Source of the DNA: Theionarchaea archaeon
GTDB lineage: Archaea; Methanobacteriota_B; Thermococci; Methanofastidiosales; SZ-28-30
Assembly (NCBI GenBank): GCA_018992685.1
Contig: JACVGT010000034.1
Coordinates: forward strand, 1 to 64,000
Reading direction: 5' to 3'
DNA: 64,000 nt
Part shown: positions 9,381-19,320 of the stretch, one piece after another
Numbering within the stretch: the stretch's first letter is position 1
Layout of the letters: every line of letters begins with the position of its first letter
Notes under the pieces: model-generated
Databases searched by the model: none
What the model was told of the DNA's origin: nothing
The model's input: the letters and a program-made list of their open reading frames with translations, nothing else
Made by a program: the position numbers and the translations under genes

Positions 9381-10670
9381 ATGACTATGCAGGATCTAGT
9401 TATAAGGAAAAAAAAGGGACGCAGTCTTGTGATAAACCCATGTAATTCAAGATGGGCCTTATTCGGAGGAGTTGCCACCGATATTCTGGACTTACTGGCT
9501 GAAGGACGTGACCAGGAGTACATAGTCTCTGCATTGCTTCGCAAGTATGAAACCACGGGAAATGTCATAGAACGGGATATCAAATGGGTAGAGGAAAAGC
9601 TGCATCTCAGAGGTCTCCTGGGCACTCAAAGCAGAACTGGAAATTCTCATTCCGTCAATAGTCTCCTCATTGAGACCACTCCGCGCTGTAACCTTTCATG
9701 TACATATTGTTATATTGAGCATCGTACAGACAGCACTCCCCTGACGGTCAAAGAGCAAGCATCTGTCATTGACCAGTTTATAGAGATGGGAGGAACCTCC
9801 CTGGCATTCAGTGGAGGAGAACCTCTTCTCTGCCCCTTTCTCTTTGATAGTGCTGAGTACGCTTCCCAGACTACCCTGGAGACAGTCAAGGTTATTACCA
9901 ATGGTACATTGTGGACAGAAAAGGAGGCCTCAAGAGCAGCAGATCTGAACCTCTTCGTCACGATTAGCCTGGATAGCCTCAAAAAGGAGGTTCATGAAAC
10001 CCTCCGTGGAAAAGGTCACGGAAGGGTTATGGAAACCATAGAGATGCTGCTGGACCATGGAATGGGAGGAAAGATGACAATATCCACCACTCCGACTCGG
10101 TTGAACCTGGCTGAAATTCCTGCTGTCATGGACTACTGCATTGAACAGGGTGTGGGAACTTTTGAGTGCCCTGCGTTTGTGAAGCGAGGGAGGGGGAAAA
10201 GAGAGGGTCTTCAGCTAGCTCCTGGCGAAGAAGATGCCCAGCAGCTAATTCACTCTCTCTTGGAATATCACAGGAACCACAACCTGGTCATTGAATCGTA
10301 TTACATTTCCTGCCTCAAAGCCCTGGCGTCCAACAGAGGTGGTGCAGCCCAATGTCCTATAGGGGAATCCATGAGAGTGTCACCTGCAGGAGACGTGTAT
10401 CCCTGTGTGTTTGGGACTGACTTCAGGCTGGGCAATGTAAGAGAGCAGCCTCTTGCAGAGATCCTTGCTGATTCAGAACCCCTGGCCAGGTTGAAAGCAT
10501 TCGAAGTTGATGATGTACAGGAATGCACAGACTGTGTGTTCAAGTATGTGTGTTCTGGAGGGTGCAGAGCAGTCGCCTATGATACGTATGGGACATTGTA
10601 CTCTCAATCTGCTTTCTGTTCTCTCCATAAGGACATGTTCTGGGAAATCTTGTGGAGCCTGGTGGAGTAA
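9381..10670 (+). CDS. Radical SAM/SPASM peptide maturase with N-terminal RRE (PqqD-like) domain
   Basis: CNLSCTYC, FSGGEPLL, TNG; SPASM CPIG...GDVYPC...CTDCVFKYVCSGGC...C; N-terminal ~80 aa PqqD-like (ATDILDLLAEGR...IVSALLRKYE...IERDI...LRGLL). Confidence 0.9.
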   Translation: MTMQDLVIRKKKGRSLVINPCNSRWALFGGVATDILDLLAEGRDQEYIVSALLRKYETTGNVIERDIKWVEEKLHLRGLLGTQSRTGNSHSVNSLLIETTPRCNLSCTYCYIEHRTDSTPLTVKEQASVIDQFIEMGGTSLAFSGGEPLLCPFLFDSAEYASQTTLETVKVITNGTLWTEKEASRAADLNLFVTISLDSLKKEVHETLRGKGHGRVMETIEMLLDHGMGGKMTISTTPTRLNLAEIPAVMDYCIEQGVGTFECPAFVKRGRGKREGLQLAPGEEDAQQLIHSLLEYHRNHNLVIESYYISCLKALASNRGGAAQCPIGESMRVSPAGDVYPCVFGTDFRLGNVREQPLAEILADSEPLARLKAFEVDDVQECTDCVFKYVCSGGCRAVAYDTYGTLYSQSAFCSLHKDMFWEILWSLVE

Positions 10671-10733
10671 TCTTCACAGAGCACTTTGAAGGAGCGTACC
10701 ACACTCACTTTTCTGGAGTCATTGATGTCAGTG

Positions 10734-12143
10734 CTACACGAGGTTGAACTCTTGGAACATTCTGTGCACGGAGGGGAAGAGCAAACTCCAGGTTTCTTGA
10801 TACTGGAGGAGAGAATGAGGTGAGATGTTCTGGTACAACTGGTACAGGTTCCCAAAAAGACGTGCAGATGACGGGTCCCTTTCTGCAAGAAGCGTCACCA
10901 TATCGGAAGGTGAAAGAGGCAAAAGATTCTTCAGGAGAAGGTACTTTCCGAGACAGCGGCCAAACAGCGAGTACTGGTAGCTTCGCATGAGCGCCAGCTT
11001 TTTATTGGGGTTCAGGTACTCGAATCCAACGAGGGGAGAGGTGAAATGATAGGGGAAAAAATCGTTTTGAGCTTGAGTTTTCAGGGCTTCTGGCTGGGGA
11101 GCAGGCAAGCGATCCAGAAGGGAGCCATCCCCGAAAGCTACAGAACACGTTTCTCTCACAGTTTTAAGTTCCCAGGGCCAGACAGTGCAGTACCCTGCTA
11201 GGTGTTCTTCACAGATGAACTTGGCGTAGGCTCGCTGTTCAAAGGCAGCAAAGAAGTGTGAAGCAAGGCTGCAGAGGGTGTCCTTCAGTGCAGATTCTTG
11301 GGAGGGATCAATAATGAAAAAGACAATTCGCACATCATCGTACGGTAAGGTTGTATGAAGAACACTCTGGACTCCGGTGAGCAGGTGGGTATGGCTTTGA
11401 CAAAAGTCAGAGAAAGCTGAAGGGGGGTTGCGTCTTCTCACGGGCTCAGAAGGGCATGTACTATGTCCAAAGAGACTTTTCCACGCAGAGCACCAGAAGA
11501 GGAGCAGATCGACATAGAACTCCTGTGACTGCTCTCCACGATACTCATTGGAGGAGACCTCCCGTACTCTGTCCCCAACTCTGTCATCACTCATGGACCG
11601 ACCGAGCTCAGAAAGGAAAGAGGTAGGATTGTCATACGCTATCTTGCACACCTGGCGATTCACTTTTTGTGTTCCCTTGGGGGAACCGTGAATGAAGTGC
11701 GGTGCAAGGACACAGATGTTAGCTGCATCATCTCCATGAAATGCATGGGCAACCAGGAGCTTTTGAGCTGCTGTTTTCTCCGCAGAACTATCAGGAGAGG
11801 TCTCTCTCAGTTCCTCGCCGAAGAGTAATTGCCATTTTGACACATACCAGGGATGCATTCTGCAGAACTGATCAAAAGAAGCTCTTGGCAGACAGAAGGG
11901 GGGGTGTTCAACCAGTTTCTTGGCTGGAACTTCTCCCTGCAGACAACTGAGCTCTCGGTAGAGGTTGCCGATGCCCCTATAGAACGTGATATCTTGGAAA
12001 TTCTCTGTAACAAAATAAAAGTCAAGGTCACTAAACCCCTTCCTGAGAGAAGGAAGCGGCTTCTTGATATACACAGAGGTTACAGAGGGATTGGAGGAGA
12101 GCCAGTGAGAAAGGCTGGAGAGGACTTTTCCAGTGTCTTCCAT
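10734..12143 (-). CDS. Hypothetical protein with a Pol-beta-like nucleotidyltransferase motif
   Basis: N-terminal SVYI...GFSDLDFYFV resembles the hG[GS]x9-13DxD signature; GGGTGA RBS before ATG 12143. Confidence 0.55.
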   Translation of the reverse strand: MEDTGKVLSSLSHWLSSNPSVTSVYIKKPLPSLRKGFSDLDFYFVTENFQDITFYRGIGNLYRELSCLQGEVPAKKLVEHPPFCLPRASFDQFCRMHPWYVSKWQLLFGEELRETSPDSSAEKTAAQKLLVAHAFHGDDAANICVLAPHFIHGSPKGTQKVNRQVCKIAYDNPTSFLSELGRSMSDDRVGDRVREVSSNEYRGEQSQEFYVDLLLFWCSAWKSLFGHSTCPSEPVRRRNPPSAFSDFCQSHTHLLTGVQSVLHTTLPYDDVRIVFFIIDPSQESALKDTLCSLASHFFAAFEQRAYAKFICEEHLAGYCTVWPWELKTVRETCSVAFGDGSLLDRLPAPQPEALKTQAQNDFFPYHFTSPLVGFEYLNPNKKLALMRSYQYSLFGRCLGKYLLLKNLLPLSPSDMVTLLAERDPSSARLFGNLYQLYQNISPHSLLQYQETWSLLFPSVHRMFQEFNLV

Positions 12144-12197
12144 ATAATCACCCAACTCCACAGAGTAGTGAAGAAAAAAGCATAGGTCGTTGCGTGT

Positions 12198-13742
12198 TCA
12201 TGATGGGAGCTCCCTCCTGTATGAGTCATAGAGTCTGTCATACACAGATTCACAAGAGTCACTCCCCCGGAACTTTTGAATTTCTTCAGTAATGTAGTGC
12301 GAGAGACCTCCCTGGTCTCTGGCCTGTACATGTGGTGTCCCTGCAAGCTTCCCAAGGTTCTGAATGAGGAGTGAACAGACAACGTACCTGAACTGCATGG
12401 TATCGCCGTGCACCTGGGCAGATCTCCACGAATACGTCCCCGCTTTTGAGATATCTGTTCCATCATACAGTGACTCATACGTCATATCATAAATCTGTGG
12501 AGTCTGAAAGATGTCCGAGGCTGATGCAAGGACAAATCGATTGACCATTGCTGTGTCAAAGAGGTCCCTGTTTTCATACAGCCATCGCAAGCTGTTGATA
12601 AAGTCCTGTTTCGTTTCTGTGGGAAAGGCACAAACGACATTAATTCGAAGAGGGATGCCAACTCTCACTGTGTTCTTCAGGACTGTGGTAACCTCCTCCA
12701 GAGTTGTTCTCTTGTTCATCTCGTTGAGAATACGAGGGACAGGAGATTCGAGTCCATACCGGAGTTCAAAACATCCGGCTTTTTTCATCAATTCAAGCAT
12801 GTCCACAGACAGCTTCTCCGGACGTGCATTGCCATACCACCGTATGTCGAGGCCCCTTTCAATGAGCAGTCTGCACAGGTTTTTCAACAGGGGGATATTA
12901 CCATTCAACAGACTATCGTTGAACCGGAACGTCGTGATTCCATACTCTCTATCTCGCTCAATTTCCTTCACCACTGACTCGGGCCTCCTGTACCTGATTT
13001 TCCTTTCCCAGAAGATTCTCTCATTGCAGAAGACGCAGTTTCCAACACATCCCCTGCTCAACGAGACTGGTAACATTCGTTCTGTGTATCGATCCAGTTG
13101 AAAGTCACTGAAATCAGGAAATGGCAGCGTGTTGAGATCAGCTATGGCAGGACGAGGTGAGTTTTTCATCATCGTTCCATTTCGAAAGAGGACGGTACCC
13201 GTGGGAGGATTGAGAAGCTCCCCCTGCTCCAGGGTTTTCACAACCTCCAGGAGGGTTACTTCCCCTTCTCCGCGGACAGCCAGGTCGACAACACCTGTGG
13301 AAGAAACCACCTTCATGACCTCGTCCAGACTACACTCTGGTCCTCCGAATATTGTCATGAGACGAGGATTTTCAGCCTTCAACAGCTGTGCAAGAAAAAG
13401 AGAGGGTGACAGGTTAGAATGATCTACCGTGAATCCCACCACGTCAGGTGCCTCGGCCAAGAGACACTCCTTCCACAGACGGAACAGATCCAGTAGCTTC
13501 TCTCTTTTCTTTGATGCTGCTGGTGATGTCATATCCAGTCTCCTATTCAAACAGAAAGATCTTTCTATCATCTCCAGTAGAAATGCGTCCTTGAGAAATG
13601 GCTCACTTGTGGACAAGTCCAGAACTGTCACGTCCCTTTCGTTTTCCCGCAAGAATGAAGAGAGAGACGCCAGTGATAAAGGCGGGAAAAGAGACCTCTT
13701 CAAAGAAGCATTAACCAGACACACCTTGACATCCTGCGTCAT
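12198..13742 (-). CDS. Cobalamin (B12)-binding radical SAM protein (class B methyltransferase-like)
   Basis: PPLSLASL, DVVGFT, GGPE, RGEGE; SRGCVGNCVFC; GLES. Confidence 0.9.
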   Translation of the reverse strand: MTQDVKVCLVNASLKRSLFPPLSLASLSSFLRENERDVTVLDLSTSEPFLKDAFLLEMIERSFCLNRRLDMTSPAASKKREKLLDLFRLWKECLLAEAPDVVGFTVDHSNLSPSLFLAQLLKAENPRLMTIFGGPECSLDEVMKVVSSTGVVDLAVRGEGEVTLLEVVKTLEQGELLNPPTGTVLFRNGTMMKNSPRPAIADLNTLPFPDFSDFQLDRYTERMLPVSLSRGCVGNCVFCNERIFWERKIRYRRPESVVKEIERDREYGITTFRFNDSLLNGNIPLLKNLCRLLIERGLDIRWYGNARPEKLSVDMLELMKKAGCFELRYGLESPVPRILNEMNKRTTLEEVTTVLKNTVRVGIPLRINVVCAFPTETKQDFINSLRWLYENRDLFDTAMVNRFVLASASDIFQTPQIYDMTYESLYDGTDISKAGTYSWRSAQVHGDTMQFRYVVCSLLIQNLGKLAGTPHVQARDQGGLSHYITEEIQKFRGSDSCESVYDRLYDSYRRELPS

Positions 13743-14359
13743 ACTAACAACCTTCCCCGGATCTTTCTACTCCCTCCTGAAGCAAAATCATCATTTTCCA
13801 GATAGTACAGCTCTTTTGTGCCACCTACCATGGTTTCATACTGCTCTTCAGATCCGACATAGTGAAGCAAAGGGTCACAGATGAAACATGGCGTACCCTT
13901 AACTTTGACCCACGCATGAAGTCGAGGAAGATATTCGAATTTTTCCGCAGAAATCCTCTTCCATTTAACAAATCCCACAACGACTTTAGATTCTTTACCA
14001 ATGTGATTTAATAATGCTGAAAGGAGCACTGACATGTGCTTACAGTCTCCATATCGCAGCGCATTCACCTCTTCAGGAGAAAACCATCCTCGAAGCGGGA
14101 GTCTTTTCACCCAGGTTTCAACATAGTTGAACAGGATTCTGATCTTGTCCTCATCTGATTTTGCAGACCCTGTGAGGCCTTCTGCAACACCATCAATTGA
14201 GAGGTGCTTTTTCTGCAGGAAGAAATGAGCACTCCACGTGGACACACGGGAAAGAACTGGTAAGACAATTCTGTAGTAGAGGTAGTAGGGCTTTCCTCCA
14301 GACGTGGACCGGACAAAGAAAAAGCCATCGACACGGGATAAAACGTCCAGCGCATTCAT
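13739..14359 (-). CDS. Transglutaminase-like cysteine protease (candidate leader peptidase)
   Basis: GDCKHMSVLLSALL...HAWV...DP Cys-His-Asp triad. Confidence 0.8.
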   Translation of the reverse strand: MNALDVLSRVDGFFFVRSTSGGKPYYLYYRIVLPVLSRVSTWSAHFFLQKKHLSIDGVAEGLTGSAKSDEDKIRILFNYVETWVKRLPLRGWFSPEEVNALRYGDCKHMSVLLSALLNHIGKESKVVVGFVKWKRISAEKFEYLPRLHAWVKVKGTPCFICDPLLHYVGSEEQYETMVGGTKELYYLENDDFASGGSRKIRGRLLV

Positions 14360-14363
14360 TGAA

Positions 14364-15419
14364 TCATACCTCGAATCCTACTCTTTCTTTGAATTCTTTG
14401 AAGCAGATGGGATCTCTTGCATCAGTTCTCTCGTACAGCGAGAAGCACACGCCGCGACATCCTCCACGACAATACGAGAGATACTCACATTCGGTGCATT
14501 CAGAGGGGAGCTGACATGCAAGGTCCCGGACTCTCTGGGCAGCTGTACTGGCCCATATGGCTTTCAGAGAAGAGTGCCGCACATTCCCAAGAACCACAGG
14601 GAAGTACCCACAGGGCAGAACATTGCCGTTAGCCTGCATGTAACCAGTAAACCCTCCAGCATCGCAGTAATGACTCTTTACTTCTTCCCCTTCCCGTTCC
14701 TTTTTAATGGCAAGCCACGTGCTGACTACTGGGTTATCGGACAGTATTGTTATCGCATTCTTTGCCTCCTCATAGATCTGTTCAAACCCCTGCAGGAACT
14801 CCTGGTACATAGAACATGTGAGAGAGAGTCCATCAGCACCGGCAGCCCTCCCCACGGGGGCTATTCTCATAATGTTGATCAACCTTACCCCGTGCTCAAT
14901 ACACAGGGCAATAACTCCCGGTACCTCCAGGTAGTTCTCCCTGTGCAGAACGTACCCCACTGACGTTGTGACATGGTGTTCGTGTAACAGGCCGAGCGCC
15001 TGCACTGCCTTTTCAAAGGAACCTTCTGCTCTTCTGAATTGTTCATGTGTTCTGGGCGTTGAACCATCAAGGCTGACTGTAACCAGTCCAAGGTTGCACC
15101 TTCTCAGTCTTTCTGCGATGTCTTCATCAATGAAGGAGCCGTTGGTGCTCATGGTAACAGAAATGGTGTTGTCAGACAGTCTCTCTAGAATATCAAAGAT
15201 GTCCTTCCGCATCAAAGGCTCTCCACCAGCAATGAACAGGTCAAAGATACCAATTCTCTTGAATTCATCCAGCAGCTCGAGAGCTTCCTGATGGTTCAAT
15301 TCATCTGCACGCCTCTTACCGGCATCAGCATAACAGTGCTTGCATCTGAAATTGCATTCTGAAGTGACTTCCCAGAAGAGACGGAGAGGAAGCTTGACAA
15401 AATCGCGGAGCTCTTTCAT
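14364..15419 (-). CDS. Radical SAM/SPASM protein (PqqE/SkfB/MftC-like)
   Basis: CNFRCKHC, GGEPL, STNG; CDAG...GNVLPC...CTECEYLSYCRGGC...DPIC. Confidence 0.9.
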   Translation of the reverse strand: MKELRDFVKLPLRLFWEVTSECNFRCKHCYADAGKRRADELNHQEALELLDEFKRIGIFDLFIAGGEPLMRKDIFDILERLSDNTISVTMSTNGSFIDEDIAERLRRCNLGLVTVSLDGSTPRTHEQFRRAEGSFEKAVQALGLLHEHHVTTSVGYVLHRENYLEVPGVIALCIEHGVRLINIMRIAPVGRAAGADGLSLTCSMYQEFLQGFEQIYEEAKNAITILSDNPVVSTWLAIKKEREGEEVKSHYCDAGGFTGYMQANGNVLPCGYFPVVLGNVRHSSLKAIWASTAAQRVRDLACQLPSECTECEYLSYCRGGCRGVCFSLYERTDARDPICFKEFKERVGFEV

Positions 15420-15692
15420 CTACACCACCGTCACCAGATTCTTGCTCTTCAGGTTCTGGATGACTTTATGTACATCTTTGAGAGCCTTGTCTCTGGTGAC
15501 GTTCTCATATTCCTCTACTACTTCATCGGCTATTTCTTCAGCAGTTTTTTCTCCATCGGCGAGTTTCCAGATGAAAGCTGCCGTTTGATTCAGGACAATA
15601 ATCCTGTTGTCAGTGGCAGTATAAAGCACAAGATTTTCATCCTCACTTCGCCATTTCACCTCAGCAATACGCTTCGGGATTACCTCCGACAT
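15420..15692 (-). CDS. PqqD-family RiPP recognition element (stand-alone RRE)
   Basis: LNQTAAFIWKLADGEKTAEEIADEVVEEYE...KDVHKVIQNLKSKNLV; GGTGA RBS; TTTATAAG TATA at ~15723-15730. Confidence 0.9.
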   Translation of the reverse strand: MSEVIPKRIAEVKWRSEDENLVLYTATDNRIIVLNQTAAFIWKLADGEKTAEEIADEVVEEYENVTRDKALKDVHKVIQNLKSKNLVTVV

Positions 15693-16064
15693 GATATCAC
15701 CAGCATATTTCACTTCTTTATCCTTATAAAGATTTCTTTCGAATCCTATATCGTACAGGTTACTGTCTAAAACCGTGATTTGGAGACATCAATTAACTAG
15801 GAACTCTTACCCACGGAAAACTAGCAGTGTCGGCACAAGGAATTGGAAAAGATATGAGAGGAGGGTTGCGGGTCATGGTGCTCATGGCAAAGGAGATGAA
15901 AAGAGAGAGTGAGAGTATCCATGTCATGGCCTGAAAGAATAAGAGACACGATACCTGCGACGGCTTTCTGTATACTCCATCCTGAGGCAATTGGATTCAA
16001 TGAAATGACGCAGGAGTGCAGAAAGACTTTTAAGGTAGTAGGAATTGGGAGACATGGTGAATCT

Positions 16065-16196
16065 ATGGAAAAGGTGTGTCTTCTTGAGGAGCTTTCCAAG
16101 GGACAGATACATGTCAGTGGCCATGTACTCCTAGGACTCTCCAGAATGAAAGAGAACTGCTCCATATGGGCGATACCTGCCCTGAAGAGGGGGTGA
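16065..16196 (+). CDS. Small ORF, 43 aa (MEKVCLLEELSKGQIHVSGHVLLGLSRMKENCSIWAIPALKRG)
   Basis: TTTTAAG TATA and GGTGA RBS upstream; its stop lies within the RBS of the kinase gene. Confidence 0.4.
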   Translation: MEKVCLLEELSKGQIHVSGHVLLGLSRMKENCSIWAIPALKRG

Positions 16197-16201
16197 AGGT
16201 G

Positions 16202-17191
16202 GTGGAAGAGACACCTGGAATGACAAGGCTGAATGTCGGGCTCAAGACTGCTCACCTTGGTCCACGAGAATGTGAAAAGCTCCAAAATCTTGATCAAAGA
16301 GTACACACACTGGATATTTACGGAGTTACGATTAATGTCTGCACGAATTCAACCCTCTATTCTGAAGAACTTTCAGGAACCTATGAAAGGTTGATTACCA
16401 GTACATCACAGGACCCCGATGCAGTCATCCGTATTCTCACAGTTCCAGAGGACTTACCTGTTATTCACCAGCTGGGCTATGAGGAGGAGAAAAATGTCCT
16501 CGAATATTCCCATGATGACTCGAGGCTGTATATCATTCCTGAATCGACAGAGCCTGGTAACTTCTTCCTGTCTGTGATGCAGGTTGCTCTTTTCCGCATT
16601 TTGCTGGATCATAACATGTTCTGTGCCCATGCATCTGCTGCATCTCTTGGGAATCATGGGGTCATCTTTTCAGGTGAGTCAAACTCTGGTAAGACCACCC
16701 TGGTCATGGCGTTGCTGGCAGAGGGACACAAGTACTTTTCGGACGACTTTGTTCTCATACATACTGATACCATGATGTTACTGCCCCTGTGTTCTCGATT
16801 GAAGCCACGGGGAAAGACAATCTCGATGTTTCCTGAAATGGAGACAGAAGATGCGAAAATATACATGGAAACAGAAACCCAGGTGAGAAAAATCCTTTCT
16901 GTTGGGCGCACCTTTCCTCATCTTCTGAGCCCCCCCTGTCCCCTGACCCACATCTTTTTTCCAACATTCAATCCAGAAGGGGAGACAGTACTCCAGCCTG
17001 TGTCCCCCTCTGATGGAGTGATAGCCTTTCTGAAATCCTGGATGCTGTACAGGACAGAGCCCACCAGAGTATTTCCCCTGATTTCAAAGATAGTGCGGGC
17101 CTGCAAGACCTATTCACTGGAATATCGAGATGCACGGGAAGCTGTCAAGGACTTGGTCAGAGTCATCTTGGGTGAGGACAGTGTCTCCTGA
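16202..17191 (+). CDS. HPr kinase-related P-loop kinase (RiPP-associated)
   Basis: HASAA...GESNSGKTT Walker A, FSDD motif; start codon uncertain. Confidence 0.85.
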   Translation: MEETPGMTRLNVGLKTAHLGPRECEKLQNLDQRVHTLDIYGVTINVCTNSTLYSEELSGTYERLITSTSQDPDAVIRILTVPEDLPVIHQLGYEEEKNVLEYSHDDSRLYIIPESTEPGNFFLSVMQVALFRILLDHNMFCAHASAASLGNHGVIFSGESNSGKTTLVMALLAEGHKYFSDDFVLIHTDTMMLLPLCSRLKPRGKTISMFPEMETEDAKIYMETETQVRKILSVGRTFPHLLSPPCPLTHIFFPTFNPEGETVLQPVSPSDGVIAFLKSWMLYRTEPTRVFPLISKIVRACKTYSLEYRDAREAVKDLVRVILGEDSVS

Positions 17192-18413
17192 CCTGTATGA
17201 CGTACCGGCTGCAGTCTCAAAAATAGCTCTCTCAGAAGAGGAGCAGGAAGTCATATCGAGGAAGGTGACCTCGTGGAGTACAAGAGCGTGGAATTCTTTA
17301 TTCAAGAGAGCCCAGGAGGAAGTGGTAATTCCTCAGGTCTACAAGAATCTCAGTGATCTGGAGATAAGGCCCCCCATGTGGAATGATGTCAAAGGACTGT
17401 ACTACAACGCCTGGGTCCACAAGCAGAATCTGCTGTCAGAAGCTAAAAAAGTGGGAGACGTACTTTCTCACCAGGGAATTTCATTTCTCTTTCTGAAAGG
17501 GCTGGCTGTCGACAGCCAGTACCAGGGAAGCTGGAGAGCTATGGCAGATATAGATGTACTCGTGAAAGACTTTGAACCTGCACAAAAATCTCTCTCAGGT
17601 ATCGGGTATATTCTCGACGACATGTGGACTGCTGAACAGGGAAGATTCGGGGTGGGGAACTTATACTGCAGAGAACGCAAGACGAAGATTGATCTTCATT
17701 TCGGCGAATATCCTGTACACTCATTGGGAAGTTTTCATCTCCCTGTATGGGAGAGGTGTAGACCAGGAGAACCAGTCACGTCTCTTGAGGACACTCTGCT
17801 GGTGCTTGCAGCTCATGTGTTCAACCACGGGTTTTATCTCATGCGAGACATCAACGATGTATACGTCATTCTCCAGAATGAGCTAGACTGGCAGTATGTA
17901 ACACAAAATGCCAAGGCCTACCACCTGGAAAAGCCGTTATCCATGCTGCTGAAGGCCGCAGCCTCCGTGTATGGTGTCCATATAAACGACGTGTGTAAGA
18001 GCAGGTTTTCACTTCTCTATCAGTATGGCCGCAGAAGGCACACTTTTCAAGGACTGCTCCAGCTGCACCATCTCGTGGTTCTCTCCCACATGAAGAAACT
18101 GGCATCATACCCTGGGTACTGGTGCGCCTCACATCTCACTACCGCACACCACGTTATTGATCCCCCCTGGATAGGAAGGGCTTCTCCCTCCTGGATCAAT
18201 CGGACAGACCGAAAGCGATTGGGTGACATGAGTAAAGAGGTATTTCATTCCATATTCGGTGGTAATACAGCTGCAGAGCAGGGCATGCACTTCATGTGTG
18301 AACAGGGTGGCGTCTATGTAGAAAAACGAGATCTTCAGGAGAAAGACCTGGAGCGAGCAAAAGGAATTATCAGGTCTTCTGCCCTGAAAGTTGATCGAGA
18401 CATATCAATCTGA
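17181..18413 (+). CDS. Nucleotidyltransferase family protein (NTP_transf_5-like)
   Basis: FLFLKGLA...RAMADIDVLV...IDLH...H...D..LDW; GGTGA RBS before GTG 17181. Confidence 0.85.
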   Translation: MSPDLYDVPAAVSKIALSEEEQEVISRKVTSWSTRAWNSLFKRAQEEVVIPQVYKNLSDLEIRPPMWNDVKGLYYNAWVHKQNLLSEAKKVGDVLSHQGISFLFLKGLAVDSQYQGSWRAMADIDVLVKDFEPAQKSLSGIGYILDDMWTAEQGRFGVGNLYCRERKTKIDLHFGEYPVHSLGSFHLPVWERCRPGEPVTSLEDTLLVLAAHVFNHGFYLMRDINDVYVILQNELDWQYVTQNAKAYHLEKPLSMLLKAAASVYGVHINDVCKSRFSLLYQYGRRRHTFQGLLQLHHLVVLSHMKKLASYPGYWCASHLTTAHHVIDPPWIGRASPSWINRTDRKRLGDMSKEVFHSIFGGNTAAEQGMHFMCEQGGVYVEKRDLQEKDLERAKGIIRSSALKVDRDISI

Positions 18414-18504
18414 GACACAAGGAACTGGGTCCTCAGGAGGACGTAGTAGATAGCGATTCTTCCTTCATCCAAACACACATGCCCCTTTTAGATTGCACCC
18501 AGGT

Positions 18505-19311
18505 TTAAAAGAAAACAAGTTTTCCACTCTTTTTTGCCAAATGTTCAAAGTAACCCAAGACGAACGAACCGAGACAGAATAGCAGTGCGCCCACTATGAG
18601 CTCACGAGCCAGCAGCATGGGTATGGGTGAGAACTCCTCAATCACGGCGAGGCGAGCAGCTTCTATTCCGTGAGTCAGAGGAATTGCTTTTGAGATATAT
18701 TGAAGAGATTGTGGCAGCATACCAACGGGAAACGTCACTCCACAGAAGAACATCGTAGCAGACAGCATCATGCTGACGATGGGATGAGGCTGTCTGTAAT
18801 ACAGAGCCAGACCAGAAAAAAGCAATCCAAATCCCATCATACTGATAACTGATAGAAATGCGATTACGATCATATACAGGGAGCCCAGAACCGACATTCT
18901 GAGGCCAAACAGGGTGACACCATACAGCAACACGATGAAAATCCCGAATATTCCATCTCCTATGTGGATCGCAGATTTTGCAATATTGAGCAGAGGTCTA
19001 TTCACCGGTGTAGAGAAGAGTAGTTCCAGTGTTCCTTCCCTGCGCTCATTGAAAACAAAGAACATGGGCCCCATCAATGTATTGAACGTAGAAACATACA
19101 GCGCATTTCCCACCACCACGAAATTGATGTAGGACTGTGCATCCTGGCCTGTGAGGGCGGCCCCATAGTCAGATATGAGCACAAATGTCAGGACAAGAAA
19201 GAAGGGAACACCGAGCTTCACAACAACAAAATCTGGTGGGTTGATCCAGGTGAAAAGTGCCCTGTAGGTGAAGATTCCTGTTCTGAACACAAATTTCAAT
19301 GTTCTCATCAT
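18505..19311 (-). CDS. ABC-2 type exporter permease
   Basis: ERREGTLE, GVTFPV..LP, IPLTHGIEAAR. Confidence 0.9.
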   Translation of the reverse strand: MMRTLKFVFRTGIFTYRALFTWINPPDFVVVKLGVPFFLVLTFVLISDYGAALTGQDAQSYINFVVVGNALYVSTFNTLMGPMFFVFNERREGTLELLFSTPVNRPLLNIAKSAIHIGDGIFGIFIVLLYGVTLFGLRMSVLGSLYMIVIAFLSVISMMGFGLLFSGLALYYRQPHPIVSMMLSATMFFCGVTFPVGMLPQSLQYISKAIPLTHGIEAARLAVIEEFSPIPMLLARELIVGALLFCLGSFVLGYFEHLAKKSGKLVFF

Positions 19312-19320
19312 TTTGATCCC

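Noticed and set aside
9047-9625. 192-aa minus-strand ORF spanning the precursor region
   Set aside because: Antisense shadow of the rSAM and precursor genes; no motifs or RBS
9381-18413. Calling the cluster a PQQ, mycofactocin or lasso peptide pathway
   Set aside because: No PqqB/C, no ExxxY or IDGxCGVY precursor motif, no lasso cyclase, and no acceptor Asp/Glu in the predicted core
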